Positions 28,716 to 38,982 of a stretch of 64,000 nt of DNA are shown one piece after another (the first letter of the stretch is position 1; each line of letters begins with the position of its first letter). The notes beneath the pieces were generated by a model. The model was not told the DNA's origin. It was given only the letters and a program-made list of their open reading frames with translations, and ran no database searches. A program made the translations under genes and the position numbers. This DNA is from a virus, in IMG/VR virus record IMGVR_UViG_3300044643_000612, positions 1-64,000 of that record; one strand, written 5' to 3'.

Positions 28716-28969
28716 TGGCCCATTTTGCTGAACTCGACCAAAACAACATCGTCCTCCGCGTCATCGTCGTGAACAACAGCGACATCATGGTCAATGGCCA
28801 GGAGAGCGAGGCCAAGGGCATTGCCTTCTGCCAGTCTCTGCTCGGCGCTGACACGCGGTGGGTCCAGACTAGCTATAACGGCAAGTTCCGGGGTTGCTAC
28901 GCAGGCATAGGGTACACCTACACTTCTGCGGCGGACATTTTCGTCCCACCTCAAAACACGGGGGCCTGA
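28715..28969 (+). CDS. conserved phage protein accompanying glycine-rich fibres
   Basis: MAHFAELD...WVQTSYNGKFRGCYAGIGYTY. Confidence 0.75.
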   Translation: MAHFAELDQNNIVLRVIVVNNSDIMVNGQESEAKGIAFCQSLLGADTRWVQTSYNGKFRGCYAGIGYTYTSAADIFVPPQNTGA

Positions 28970-28973
28970 TCGG

Positions 28974-30506
28974 ATGCCCGAGAACATCATCCGCATCCAG
29001 TCTCAGCCCGGCATCAAGCGCGACGGCACCATGCTGGAGGGCGACGCCTACGTCGACGGGCAGTGGGTGCGGTTCCAGCGCGGCCTGCCCCGGAAGGTCG
29101 GCGGCTACCGTTCGATCAACAAGTATCTGTCCGAGGTCAGCCGGGCGCTGAACGCCTACACGCAGAACGACTTGACCTACGTCCACTCGGGCTCGGCCAA
29201 CAAGATCGAGCGGTTCTTCATTGACACGTCGAACAACACCTCGGTCATCACCGACCGCACCCCGACGTCCGGCTTCACAGCCAACACCGCGAACACCTGG
29301 CAGTTCGACGTTGACAGCGACACCACGCAGAACCTGATCGTCGCCCAAGTGGCGCCGAACGGCGTGAACATCGCCAACAGCACCGGCGGCGAACTGTTCT
29401 CCGGCCCAATCCTGGGGACCGGCGTCTTGACGTCAATCGCCCTGCCCGCCGGCGGCAACTGCACGGGCGGCGTCGTGGCGCTGCACCCCTACACTTTCAT
29501 CTACGGGACCAACGGCTACGTGGCCTGGTCCGTGGCGGGCGACCCGACCGACTTTGTCGGCGCAGGCAGTGGATCCGCAAACGTCACGGCGCAGAAGATC
29601 GTCAAGGCCATGCCGCTCCGCGGCGGCCCGGGTAACTCCCCCTCTGGCCTGCTGTGGTCGCTGGACGCCGTCGTGCGGGCCACCTTCATAGGCGGCGCCG
29701 AGGTCTTCCAGTTTGACACCATCACCACCGAGTCCTCGATTCTGTCGCCCAACAGCGTCATCGAGTACGACGGGGTATTCTTCTGGCTCGGGGTTGACAG
29801 GTTCCTGATGTTCAACGGCGTGGTGCGCGAAGTGCCCAACGCCATGAACCTCAACTGGTTCTTTGACGGCCTGAACGAGACGCAGGCGCAGAAGGTATTT
29901 GCCATCAAGGTGCCGCGCTACGGTGAAATCTGGTGGTGCTACCCTCGTGACGGGGCCACGGAGTGCAGCCACGCCATCATCTACAACGTGCGCGAGAACT
30001 CCTGGTACGACTGCGAGTTGCCGAACGGCGGCAGGTCCGCCGGCGCGTCGCCCGCCGTGTTCCGCAAGCCGCTGATGACCGGCGTGCAATCCTCGGCCAG
30101 CGGCTACAAGCTGTGGGTCCACGAGACCGGCGTCGACGAGGTGGACGGCACGTCTACTCAGCCGGTCTACTCGTTCTTCGAGACGGCGGAGTTGTCCCTG
30201 CCCATCTCCACCGAGGGCAAGATCAACAAGCAGCTTCAGGTCGCCCACATCGAGCCCGACTTCGTGCAGACCGGCGAGATGGTCGTGTCGGTGCATGGCC
30301 GCTTCAACGCGCGCTCGCTAGAAGTCGAGGGGCCGTTCATGCCGTTCCCGGCGACGGCTACAGACCAGACGGACCAAGTCGTCTACCTCAAGACGCAGCG
30401 GCGCCAGATGCGGTTCCGCTTCGCGTCGAACGTGGTCGGCGGCGACTACCAGATGGGTCTGATCCTCGCGCACGTCCAGCCGGGCGACGGGACGATGATC
30501 GGATGA
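28974..30506 (+). CDS. tail nozzle/stabilisation protein (P22 gp10-like)
   Basis: beta-propeller-like 510 aa; GEIWWCYP motif; precedes the ejection proteins. Confidence 0.65.
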   Translation: MPENIIRIQSQPGIKRDGTMLEGDAYVDGQWVRFQRGLPRKVGGYRSINKYLSEVSRALNAYTQNDLTYVHSGSANKIERFFIDTSNNTSVITDRTPTSGFTANTANTWQFDVDSDTTQNLIVAQVAPNGVNIANSTGGELFSGPILGTGVLTSIALPAGGNCTGGVVALHPYTFIYGTNGYVAWSVAGDPTDFVGAGSGSANVTAQKIVKAMPLRGGPGNSPSGLLWSLDAVVRATFIGGAEVFQFDTITTESSILSPNSVIEYDGVFFWLGVDRFLMFNGVVREVPNAMNLNWFFDGLNETQAQKVFAIKVPRYGEIWWCYPRDGATECSHAIIYNVRENSWYDCELPNGGRSAGASPAVFRKPLMTGVQSSASGYKLWVHETGVDEVDGTSTQPVYSFFETAELSLPISTEGKINKQLQVAHIEPDFVQTGEMVVSVHGRFNARSLEVEGPFMPFPATATDQTDQVVYLKTQRRQMRFRFASNVVGGDYQMGLILAHVQPGDGTMIG

Positions 30507-30733
30507 TCAACCCGCGAAACATGACGCTGACAGACTGGGCGGATAGTGTTATCCTTGTCGTGAGTGATGCGTGGTCCTTCGGCAAGCTGGAGGACGAAGC
30601 GCGTTGGCAAGACTGGGCCATCGGCTTCGTGAGAGCCTCACCGTTCACACAGCAGGCGATTCCCGACCCCTACCTGTTTGCGGACTGGCGCGACTGGGCC
30701 GAGCGCGTCTATCCCATGCTTGAGGTGACTTGA
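30503..30733 (+). CDS. Trp-rich hypothetical protein
   Basis: coupled ORF MINPRNMTLTDW... Confidence 0.65.
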   Translation: MINPRNMTLTDWADSVILVVSDAWSFGKLEDEARWQDWAIGFVRASPFTQQAIPDPYLFADWRDWAERVYPMLEVT

Positions 30734-33027
30734 TGCCTGACTTTGCCGTTAACTTCCCGGGCGAGCCGCGAGAGGACCTTTCCGGGTTCGCCGTCAACGC
30801 GCCTGCGCCAGGCGGGAGCCAACCGGCGAGCGGCATGACCGCGAACATCTCCGGGCTGCCGGACGACCTGTTCAACAAGTACTCGCAAGGGCCGACCGCG
30901 CAGTTGATGCCCGCCGACCCGAAGAAGGGCTACGGCACGTCCTACTACGCGGCCTACACCAATGACGGTGACATGGCGGGCGCCGTGATGGTCGCCGACG
31001 GCCAGAAGGTCCGCCTCGTGGACAAGATGACCGGCGACGTCGTGTTCGAGGGCGTAGGCCCGGAGGGCGCACGGCTGGCCACTTCGGTAGCCAACGGCAT
31101 CTCGCAGGACCTCGGGCGCAAGGCCGCTTGGGCCATCCAGAAGCCGTCCGACGAGGGCGGCTGGGTGTCCATGGCCGAGGAGCGGTACGACCCCAAGGAG
31201 CAGAGCACCCTCGGCAAGCTGGCCGACTTCGCCCTGCCGATCCTTGGCGCTATCCTCATGCCTGTCGTTGGTCCTCTCGGCCCCGTTCTGGCGGCAGGTC
31301 TCGGCTCGGCGGCAGGCTCGGCCCTGTCGTCTATCGCGCAAGGCCGCGACGTCAGCGAGACCGTCAAGCGCGCCGCCATCGCCGGGTTGACGGCGGGCGT
31401 CGGTGCGAAGGTCATGCCGATGCTCGGCAACGCGCTCGCCAACAGCACCAGCCCGGCGGGGCAGGCACTTTCTCAAACCTACTCTAATGTCATGAACCCG
31501 CTCAACGCCGGGGTCAACGCGGTGCGGGGTGGGGCGAGTGCGATAGGTGATGCGGTGTTTGACGCCGCTGGTAACTTGATTGTGCGCGGGGGCAGCAACG
31601 CCCTGACGTCGGCCACGGGCGGCGCCCTCGGCTCGCTCGCGGGGGGCGCGACGAACGCCCTGACGGGCTCCAGCGGCCAGAACGTCGCGCAAGGTGGCTC
31701 AGGCGCTGACACGGTCGGCAACACCATTGAGGGCGTGGACGTCGTTGGGACGGGAGCCGACGCCGCTACGGGCGGCGCTCTCGGCTCGGTCGTTGGCACC
31801 GGAGCCGCCGACACCGGCAACACCGTCTCAGAGGTCGAGGTCACGGGCACAGGGGCCGACACCGCGACAGGTGGTGCGCTCGGCTCGGTCGTTGGCACCG
31901 GAGCCGCCGACACCGGCAACACCGGCAACACCGTCTCAGAGGTTGAGGTCACGGGCACAGGGGCCGACACCGCGACAGGTGGCGGGCTTGGCTCGGTCGT
32001 GGGCACCGGAGCCGCCGACACCGGCAACACCGTCTCAGAGGTTGAGGTCACGGGCACAGGGGCCGACACCGCTACGGGCGGCGTGATCGGGACTGCGGTA
32101 GGCGACGTGCTCACAGGGAGTGAAGGGTCGAACACCCTTGAAGACACGAGTACCGGCGACGACGTAGACAAGTCCCTGACCGACAAGATGCTGGACTGGA
32201 TCAAGGCCAACCCCGTCAAGGCCGCGCGACTTGGCCTGACCCTGGCGGGCGGTATCGGCGGCGGTGCGGCTGCGCTTGACGACACGGACGGCGGCGGAGC
32301 GCCCCTGCCCCCTGGCTTCGCGGCTGCGGGCACACCGGGTTCGCTGTCCGACATCTTCCGCGCCAAGCTGCCGGCGCCCTCCGGGCCGTTCGCCGACCTG
32401 TCCGCTCGCAACGTCAGCATGACGCCCGAGGAGTGGAAGACCTACGGCCAGCGGTCAGAGCAGTCGTTCTTCAACAACGTGCCGCAGCGCCCGTCGGGTA
32501 TCGACAACAGCAAGCGCGCACCTGTCAACCCGGGTCCTGTCGAACCGGAGCCGGGGTTCGCGGTGGCTAACACCCCGAGCGCGGCACCCAACCCCGCAAC
32601 CGTCCCCGGCTTCAGTCCGACTGCACCCTCGTCCGTCAACAGCACGTCAGGCAGCGACATGAACAGGGGCGGCATGACCGCTGCGCAGTTCGCTGTCGCC
32701 ATGAAGCGGTTGGAGAACGACCGCCGCGCACCGCCGATGCCCACGCCGTCCGCCGAGCCTGAGCGATTCGCCCGCGGCGGCTTCGCCGTGCGCGGCATCG
32801 GTTCTGGCCGCGAGGACAAGATCCCCGCGCGACTGAGCGACGGCGAGTATGTCATCGACGCAGAGACCGTGGCCCTGCTCGGCGACGGCTCGTCGGACTC
32901 CGGGGCCAAGCGCCTCGACGCCTTCCGCGCCAACATCCGCAAGCACAAGGGCAAGAAACTCGTCCGGGGCGAGTTCAGTGTGAACGCCAAGAAGCCCGAA
33001 GCCTACCTCAAAGGGGGACGCGCCTAA
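30733..33027 (+). CDS. internal virion/ejection protein with tandem repeats
   Basis: Gly/Ala-rich with a hydrophobic segment; C-terminal GREDKIPARLSDGEYVI motif. Confidence 0.65.
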   Translation: MPDFAVNFPGEPREDLSGFAVNAPAPGGSQPASGMTANISGLPDDLFNKYSQGPTAQLMPADPKKGYGTSYYAAYTNDGDMAGAVMVADGQKVRLVDKMTGDVVFEGVGPEGARLATSVANGISQDLGRKAAWAIQKPSDEGGWVSMAEERYDPKEQSTLGKLADFALPILGAILMPVVGPLGPVLAAGLGSAAGSALSSIAQGRDVSETVKRAAIAGLTAGVGAKVMPMLGNALANSTSPAGQALSQTYSNVMNPLNAGVNAVRGGASAIGDAVFDAAGNLIVRGGSNALTSATGGALGSLAGGATNALTGSSGQNVAQGGSGADTVGNTIEGVDVVGTGADAATGGALGSVVGTGAADTGNTVSEVEVTGTGADTATGGALGSVVGTGAADTGNTGNTVSEVEVTGTGADTATGGGLGSVVGTGAADTGNTVSEVEVTGTGADTATGGVIGTAVGDVLTGSEGSNTLEDTSTGDDVDKSLTDKMLDWIKANPVKAARLGLTLAGGIGGGAAALDDTDGGGAPLPPGFAAAGTPGSLSDIFRAKLPAPSGPFADLSARNVSMTPEEWKTYGQRSEQSFFNNVPQRPSGIDNSKRAPVNPGPVEPEPGFAVANTPSAAPNPATVPGFSPTAPSSVNSTSGSDMNRGGMTAAQFAVAMKRLENDRRAPPMPTPSAEPERFARGGFAVRGIGSGREDKIPARLSDGEYVIDAETVALLGDGSSDSGAKRLDAFRANIRKHKGKKLVRGEFSVNAKKPEAYLKGGRA
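31747..32082 (+). repeat. in-frame tandem repeat, about 3.3 copies of 99-108 bp
   Basis: GTGADxATGGxLGSVVGTGAADTGNTVSEVEVT units start at 31747, 31846, 31954 and 32053. Confidence 0.9.
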
Positions 33028-33028
33028 G

Positions 33029-34066
33029 ATGCCCGACGACAACGGACTGACCAGTTTCCTGAACAGCGGCAACGTGAGCGTCGTGCCGTCCGCGAGCACG
33101 ACCGAGACCGTGCTGCCGGATTGGTACACGAACTACGGGATGCAGCTTCTGGCCAACCAGAACGCGCTGATGAACACCCCGTATCAGACCTACCAGGGTC
33201 CTCGCGTCGCAGGCTTTACGCCCGACCAGCAGGCCGGGTTCGCAGCCACCAAGGACGCGGCGTTCTCCTACCAGCCCGGACTGAACGCGGCTCAGGGCGC
33301 CACAGCGGGCCTGATGAACGCGCCCGGCGGCCTTGAGACCGCCCAGCCCTTCCTCAACCGCGCCGGCCAGACGTCGGCGTCGCAGGTGCAGCAGTACATG
33401 AACCCCTACCAAGATGCGGTGGTCAACCGCATCGGGGAACTCGGTGCGCGCACCCTGCGTGAGCAAATCCTGCCGGAGATCAGCGACCGCTTCATCAAGT
33501 CGGGGCAGTTCGGCGGGTCGCGCCAGGCCGAGATGATCGGTCGGGGGATCCGCGACACGATGGAGGGCATAACGGCCAAGCAGGCCGAGGCCCTGTCGAC
33601 CGGCTACACCGGAGCCCTTGGCGCGGCGCAGACCGACCTGTCGCGCGTCGGCAACCTCGCTGGAACTGCTGGCACCCTCGGTGCGGGCGACATCTCCTCC
33701 CGGCGCGCTACCGCCGCGCAGATGGCGGACATGGCTGCCCGCGAGCAGAGCCTCGGGCTCACCGGCGCCGGAGCCCTGTCCAGCATCGGCGACAAGCAGC
33801 GCGAGATGGACCAAGCGAACCTCGATGTCGGCTACCAAGACTTCCTGCGAAGCCAAGGCTACCCGCAGGAGCAGATCGACAAGGCGGCTGCCACGATGAA
33901 GAATGTGCAAGGTGCAGTGCCCCAAGGCACACTGAAATACGGCTACGGGCCGGAAGGCGCGACGAAAAATCCCGCCGAGCCGACCGACCTGATGAAGTTC
34001 AACACGCTGGTCGGCACCGGGCTCACGGTGGCCGAGGCGTGGAACAAGATTTTCGGAGGCCCGTGA
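33029..34066 (+). CDS. DNA ejection/pilot protein
   Basis: YQGPRVAGFTPDQ, YMNPYQDAV and FGGSRQ motifs; Q/A/G-rich. Confidence 0.65.
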   Translation: MPDDNGLTSFLNSGNVSVVPSASTTETVLPDWYTNYGMQLLANQNALMNTPYQTYQGPRVAGFTPDQQAGFAATKDAAFSYQPGLNAAQGATAGLMNAPGGLETAQPFLNRAGQTSASQVQQYMNPYQDAVVNRIGELGARTLREQILPEISDRFIKSGQFGGSRQAEMIGRGIRDTMEGITAKQAEALSTGYTGALGAAQTDLSRVGNLAGTAGTLGAGDISSRRATAAQMADMAAREQSLGLTGAGALSSIGDKQREMDQANLDVGYQDFLRSQGYPQEQIDKAAATMKNVQGAVPQGTLKYGYGPEGATKNPAEPTDLMKFNTLVGTGLTVAEAWNKIFGGP

Positions 34067-35412
34067 TGGAAGACGAAGAACTGGGTGCCCTGTCGTCGGT
34101 GACGGACGCAGAGTCCGAAGCGATGCCGGGTATGACCGGCAACCCGCAGGCGCTCGCCGTCCTGAACTCGATCCGCGCCGAGCAGAAAAAGCGATACGAC
34201 GACTATGCCGCCCGCATCCGCGCCGCTCGCGCCGCCCAGCAGCCGACCCCCACGTCGGACATGTCGCGGCTCGCCAGCGCGTTTCTGGCCGCCGGCAAGC
34301 CGAACGAGGCGCGCTCCAACTGGATGGCCCTGCAACAGGGCGTTGAGAACTGGAACCAGAGCGGCGAGGCGCAGAAGGCCGCGGAACTGAAGCAGAGGCA
34401 GATCACCGCTGCCGAGGAAGCCGAACTCGCCAAGGCGGCGTTTGAGCAGGGCTCGTCGCTGGAGACCCTGGCGGCGAAGTACGCGCTCGATCCCCGGAAG
34501 TCGGGGTGGAGCGGATCTGCCGGGGTGTCGGCGGCGGGAGAGCCTTACGGCATCTTCAAAGATCCTACTACCGGACGGGTCGTCGTGAAAACCCGAGGCG
34601 GCGAGACGGCGTTTGACGCGCCGGGCACTCCGCCTGCTGGTGGTGGTGGCGCCCCTGCGGGTAACGCTCCGCCTGCTGGCGGCGGCGGCGTGTCCACCGA
34701 GGGCCTCTTCACCGGGCCGGACGGCAAGACCTACCGGAAGGACGCCTTTGGCGTGCCGCGCGAGGTGTTCGGCGCGGTGAACCGTCCGGCGAGCCCGGAA
34801 GAGGCGCGGCAGTTCGGTGCGACGGAGGGGGCCTTTGAGGGCGGCGTGTTCAAGCCGGGCGCGGGTTCCGTGCCGCTGTCGCAACTCCAGTCGGAGATTG
34901 CGAGCGGCGAAGGCAAGATCCAACACATGGGCGAGATGATCGCCCTCGCGGAGGACATCAAGTCCCGTGTCGGCCCGACCACCGCAGGCCCCGTCGGAGC
35001 CGTTGCCGGGTTCATTCCCGGTACCGCAGCCTTCACGCTCAAGGAAGAGATGGTCAAGACGCTCGGCGGCAACATCGCCTTCGACCGCCTCCAGCAGATG
35101 CGCGAAGAGTCCAAGACGGGCGGCGCTCTCGGCCAGGTTGCCGTGCAGGAGTTGGACGCCTTGCGTGCCTCTCTCGGTGCCCTGAACTCGTCAATGAACC
35201 CGCAAGACCTTCAGCGCAACCTTGACCGCGTGATCGCCGGGTATCAGCGCGCGATGGCGGCCTATCAGCGGATGCTGGCAGACAAGCAGCGTCGTCTGTC
35301 CGGCGGCGCTCCGCCGCAAGGCGCGGCCCCGGCGCAAGGTGGTGCGCCTGCGGGTGGAAAAGTGCTACGGTTCGACCCGAAGTCTGGCACGTTCAAACCC
35401 GCAGGGGGCTGA
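34066..35412 (+). CDS. internal virion/ejection protein
   Basis: helical, with GGALGQVAVQELDAL motif; position. Confidence 0.6.
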   Translation: MEDEELGALSSVTDAESEAMPGMTGNPQALAVLNSIRAEQKKRYDDYAARIRAARAAQQPTPTSDMSRLASAFLAAGKPNEARSNWMALQQGVENWNQSGEAQKAAELKQRQITAAEEAELAKAAFEQGSSLETLAAKYALDPRKSGWSGSAGVSAAGEPYGIFKDPTTGRVVVKTRGGETAFDAPGTPPAGGGGAPAGNAPPAGGGGVSTEGLFTGPDGKTYRKDAFGVPREVFGAVNRPASPEEARQFGATEGAFEGGVFKPGAGSVPLSQLQSEIASGEGKIQHMGEMIALAEDIKSRVGPTTAGPVGAVAGFIPGTAAFTLKEEMVKTLGGNIAFDRLQQMREESKTGGALGQVAVQELDALRASLGALNSSMNPQDLQRNLDRVIAGYQRAMAAYQRMLADKQRRLSGGAPPQGAAPAQGGAPAGGKVLRFDPKSGTFKPAGG

Positions 35413-35415
35413 TCC

Positions 35416-38400
35416 TTGGAACCGCAGATCGTAGAACTGCCCGACGGCACCCGGCTAGAGTTCCCCCCGGGCATGAGCCCAGAGGACATGCTGGCCGCTA
35501 CCAAGCAGTATTATAGCCAGCAAGCCCCTGAGCAGCGCGCCACGGGCGACAAGCCCCCCGAAGCGCTGACCGAGACGGCCCCCGGCGAGTTCACCGGCGA
35601 GAGCGGCGCTCGCTACTCCGACAAGCCGCGCCAGCCACAACTCGTCACCGACCTCGAAGAGACCAACCGCCTGAGCCCCGAGGGTCTGCCGTCGGTTGAG
35701 GACCTGCGCGGCAACATCTTCCGCAACATCCTCGGCAAGGAGCCGCCGCCGTCAACCCCGGAACCCCCGCCCAGTCAGTTCGGAGCGGCGGCTCAAGGCG
35801 TCGCGTTGAGCACGCTGCCCACTCTCGCTGGGTATTTCGGTATGCGCGGGGGCGCCGGCCTCGGGGCACTCACCGGCCCCGCCGCCCCTGTCGCCGTCCC
35901 TGCACTGGCTCTCACCGGAGGAGCGGGGAGCGCGCTGGCCGCAGCGGAAGCGCAGCGGCAAGGGCTGGACGCGCTGCCCGAAGATTTCAAAGCCCGTTTC
36001 GGGCTGTCCGAGGAGCAGATCGCCGCGTCAAAGGAGGCATATCCCTACTCGTTCAACGCTGGCGCGCTGGCCCCCAGCCTGTTGGCTGGGCGTCCGATCT
36101 CCGCCGGGAACATGAAGCTGCTCCAGTCGGCGCTCAAGGAAGTCAACCCGGCGCTGGCCGCCCGGGTGTTCGGCCAAGGCATCAAGGAGGCCGTGCCTGT
36201 CGCCGCGCTGTCCGCTGGAGTCGGCGGCTCCATGGAGGCGGGGGGTCAACTCTTCGACGGCGACAAGAACTTCGACCCTGTCAAGATCGGCCAGTCCGCC
36301 GTTGTCAGTGGGCTCACCGGCTACAGCCCCCGCAACGTCACGGCGCTAGAGCGCAGCCTGATCGGCACCCAACAGCCGACCGCAGCGTCCGACACCCTGC
36401 AAGCGGGCACCCTGCGTCTCGGCGGCGAAGCGACCCCCGTTGACATCCTGCCGCCTGACGTCGTCACCAACCTCGCGTCCGACGTCGCCCGGGTCAACCC
36501 GCAGGCTGGTCGCAGCCTCGTGGCGGGTGCCGAGACCCGCCGCGGTCAGATGCCCGGCGCACTGTCCACAACGGCTGAGAGCCTGCCGGGCGTGCCTCCG
36601 GGCGCGACTGTCGCTGGCATCAAGGACGCCGCCAGCGCCGCCCGCCAAGCACGCCAAGATCGCATTGCGTCCGGCAAGACGAGCATCGTCCAAGGCGCGG
36701 AGGCCGAGCAGGCCGCGGCCAAGGCGGCAACTCCCGAGATTACCGAAGGCGCCATGCCCGCCATCACCCGCGGCAAGGCGGGCGAGGTCGTGCGCGACAC
36801 CCTGTCGGCGCAAAAGCAGGCGGACTTCGACAATTACAAGGCTCTCTATGCCGAGGCAGAGGCGAAGGGCGACGTGCCCATTTCACCGAAGTTTGAGCGC
36901 GGGGAGGGTGCGGAGGTGTTCGACCCTGTGTCAGGCAAGTCCGGCACGCCGCAGGATCTCGGGCCGGACGCTACGGGTGTGATCTCGCAGATCGCTGACG
37001 CCGCCATGGGCCGGCGCAGCACACTCCCCCGCACCAACATCCCGAAGACCGAGGGGGTCCTATCGCAACTGAACCCCGACAACCTCACCTTCCGCACGCT
37101 GATCGACGCCCGACAGGCGTTCAGCACGATTCGCCAGGGTAACGCCGACGCCACTGAGGCCGCCGCCGCCCGGGACGCCATCGCGGCTATTGACAGCACG
37201 CTCAAGGACCTGACGGCGGCGGGGCGCTTCGGCGACTCTGAGGCCGCCACCGCGTGGTCGTCGGCCAACTCTGCGTTCAGCGGTTTCATGTCTCGGTGGG
37301 ACGACACCTTCGCCGACCGGATCGTCGCCAGTGACGCCCCGGGTGCCAGCGCCGCGATCTTCGGAGGCCCGGACACCCTGCCCGGCCAGACGCCTAACCG
37401 GGTTCGCGACCTCGCCGACCTGCGCGACCGCCTCGGGCAGGACAGCGCGGAGTGGGCCGCTGTGCAGCAGGAGATGCTGGACCGCGCCCTGAGCCGGGAC
37501 ATGGGCAAGGGCACCTTCGGCACGGCGTTCGCCAAGTGGGAGCGCATCAACCCGGAACTGGCCGCGCTGCTGGTGCCAGAGGGGGGCCGCAACGCCCTGG
37601 TCCGCGCACAAGGAGAAATCAAGGCAGCGACCGAAGCGTCCGTCGCGGCGAAAGCCCGCGGCGTCCGTGCCACCGAGCGCGCCACCACCTTGATGAAGCG
37701 GACAGAGGATGCGTTCAAGGCGAAGGTTGAGCCCGCTTCGCAGGGCCTGAACTTCATGTCGACGGGGGCGCTGGACTTCCGCAACGCTGTTGACGGCTGG
37801 ACACCCTCGCAACGCCAAGCGGCGAAGGTCGGTGTGCGCCAAGCCATGCGCGACGCGGCATCCAAGCCCGACGCCTCGATCCGACTGCTGGCCGACCTGG
37901 CCGACAACACTGATGCGCAGGCCAACCTGCGCTCCCTGCTTGGGAACGCCGAGGCCGACGACATTATCCGCAAGGCCGTTGCCGCCAAGGAGGTCGCGAA
38001 GCGCATTGGCGCTCTGGAGCAGGGCGCCCGGTCGGGTCTCGGCGCCGCACCCACGGAGCGGGACCTTTCAGACATCGCGCCCGACGTCATCGTTAAGTCC
38101 GGGCCGATGGGCAACAAGGTGGAGTTGTTTGACAACTTCTTCCAGTCTGTCTCGCGCCTGCTGACCGCCAAGGGCCTGTCCAGCGCGGAGGCGCTTCAGG
38201 TGTCTCGCGACCTGCTGGACCCGGAGAAGGCGGATCTGGTGCGCGACCAGCTTGCCAAGCAAATCGGCGAGGGGCCAGCGGACGCCGCCCGCCGCCGGGC
38301 GCAAGCGTTCTACGGGCCGATGGCGGAGCGCCTTGGTATCGCCGCCACCCGTGCCGCCGTGACGCAACGCGAGCCCCCACCCAAAGCCGAAGCACCTGCC

Positions 38401-38982
38401 GCGCCGCCGGCGGAAGAGGAAAAGGCCGAGTTCATCTCGCTCACGGCGCCGACCCCGGAAGCCGCGATCACTGTCGCATCAACAATGGAGTTGCCTGCGG
38501 AGCGCGCTGCGGAAATCGCCGCCCCGATCATCGCCAACGAACAGGTTGAGGGCACAGGCGACAATCCGCGATCCAGCGCAGTCGGGTACGGGCAGTTCAT
38601 CGACCCGACCTTTATCGCCTACTACCGCAAGGCTTTCCCTCAAGAAGCGCGGGGCCTTTCCGAGCAGGACATCCTCGCCAAGCGCGGCACCGGCGTCGAG
38701 CGCCCCATGCTCTTGGCTTACACGCAGGACAACGTCGGCGCCTTGGTGCAGAACGGCATGAAGTTGACCCTGCAAAACCTATACGCGCTGCATCACATGG
38801 GCGCGGCGCTTGGGGTAGAACTGCTTCGCGCCCGGCCAGATCAGCCCGCCGAGCAGGTGCTAGGCGCCGACGTGGTCCGGGCCAACCCGCAATTCAGCGG
38901 TATGACCGCCGGGCAGGCCGTGAAGTGGCTCGCATCGCACGCAGCCAAGGGTGTTCCGATCACCCGGCCCGGCGCCGCATAG
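35416..38982 (+). CDS. large internal virion protein with a C-terminal lysozyme/transglycosylase-like domain
   Basis: 1188 aa; NPRSSAVGYGQFIDPTF...NLYALHHMG. Confidence 0.7.
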   Translation: MEPQIVELPDGTRLEFPPGMSPEDMLAATKQYYSQQAPEQRATGDKPPEALTETAPGEFTGESGARYSDKPRQPQLVTDLEETNRLSPEGLPSVEDLRGNIFRNILGKEPPPSTPEPPPSQFGAAAQGVALSTLPTLAGYFGMRGGAGLGALTGPAAPVAVPALALTGGAGSALAAAEAQRQGLDALPEDFKARFGLSEEQIAASKEAYPYSFNAGALAPSLLAGRPISAGNMKLLQSALKEVNPALAARVFGQGIKEAVPVAALSAGVGGSMEAGGQLFDGDKNFDPVKIGQSAVVSGLTGYSPRNVTALERSLIGTQQPTAASDTLQAGTLRLGGEATPVDILPPDVVTNLASDVARVNPQAGRSLVAGAETRRGQMPGALSTTAESLPGVPPGATVAGIKDAASAARQARQDRIASGKTSIVQGAEAEQAAAKAATPEITEGAMPAITRGKAGEVVRDTLSAQKQADFDNYKALYAEAEAKGDVPISPKFERGEGAEVFDPVSGKSGTPQDLGPDATGVISQIADAAMGRRSTLPRTNIPKTEGVLSQLNPDNLTFRTLIDARQAFSTIRQGNADATEAAAARDAIAAIDSTLKDLTAAGRFGDSEAATAWSSANSAFSGFMSRWDDTFADRIVASDAPGASAAIFGGPDTLPGQTPNRVRDLADLRDRLGQDSAEWAAVQQEMLDRALSRDMGKGTFGTAFAKWERINPELAALLVPEGGRNALVRAQGEIKAATEASVAAKARGVRATERATTLMKRTEDAFKAKVEPASQGLNFMSTGALDFRNAVDGWTPSQRQAAKVGVRQAMRDAASKPDASIRLLADLADNTDAQANLRSLLGNAEADDIIRKAVAAKEVAKRIGALEQGARSGLGAAPTERDLSDIAPDVIVKSGPMGNKVELFDNFFQSVSRLLTAKGLSSAEALQVSRDLLDPEKADLVRDQLAKQIGEGPADAARRRAQAFYGPMAERLGIAATRAAVTQREPPPKAEAPAAPPAEEEKAEFISLTAPTPEAAITVASTMELPAERAAEIAAPIIANEQVEGTGDNPRSSAVGYGQFIDPTFIAYYRKAFPQEARGLSEQDILAKRGTGVERPMLLAYTQDNVGALVQNGMKLTLQNLYALHHMGAALGVELLRARPDQPAEQVLGADVVRANPQFSGMTAGQAVKWLASHAAKGVPITRPGAA

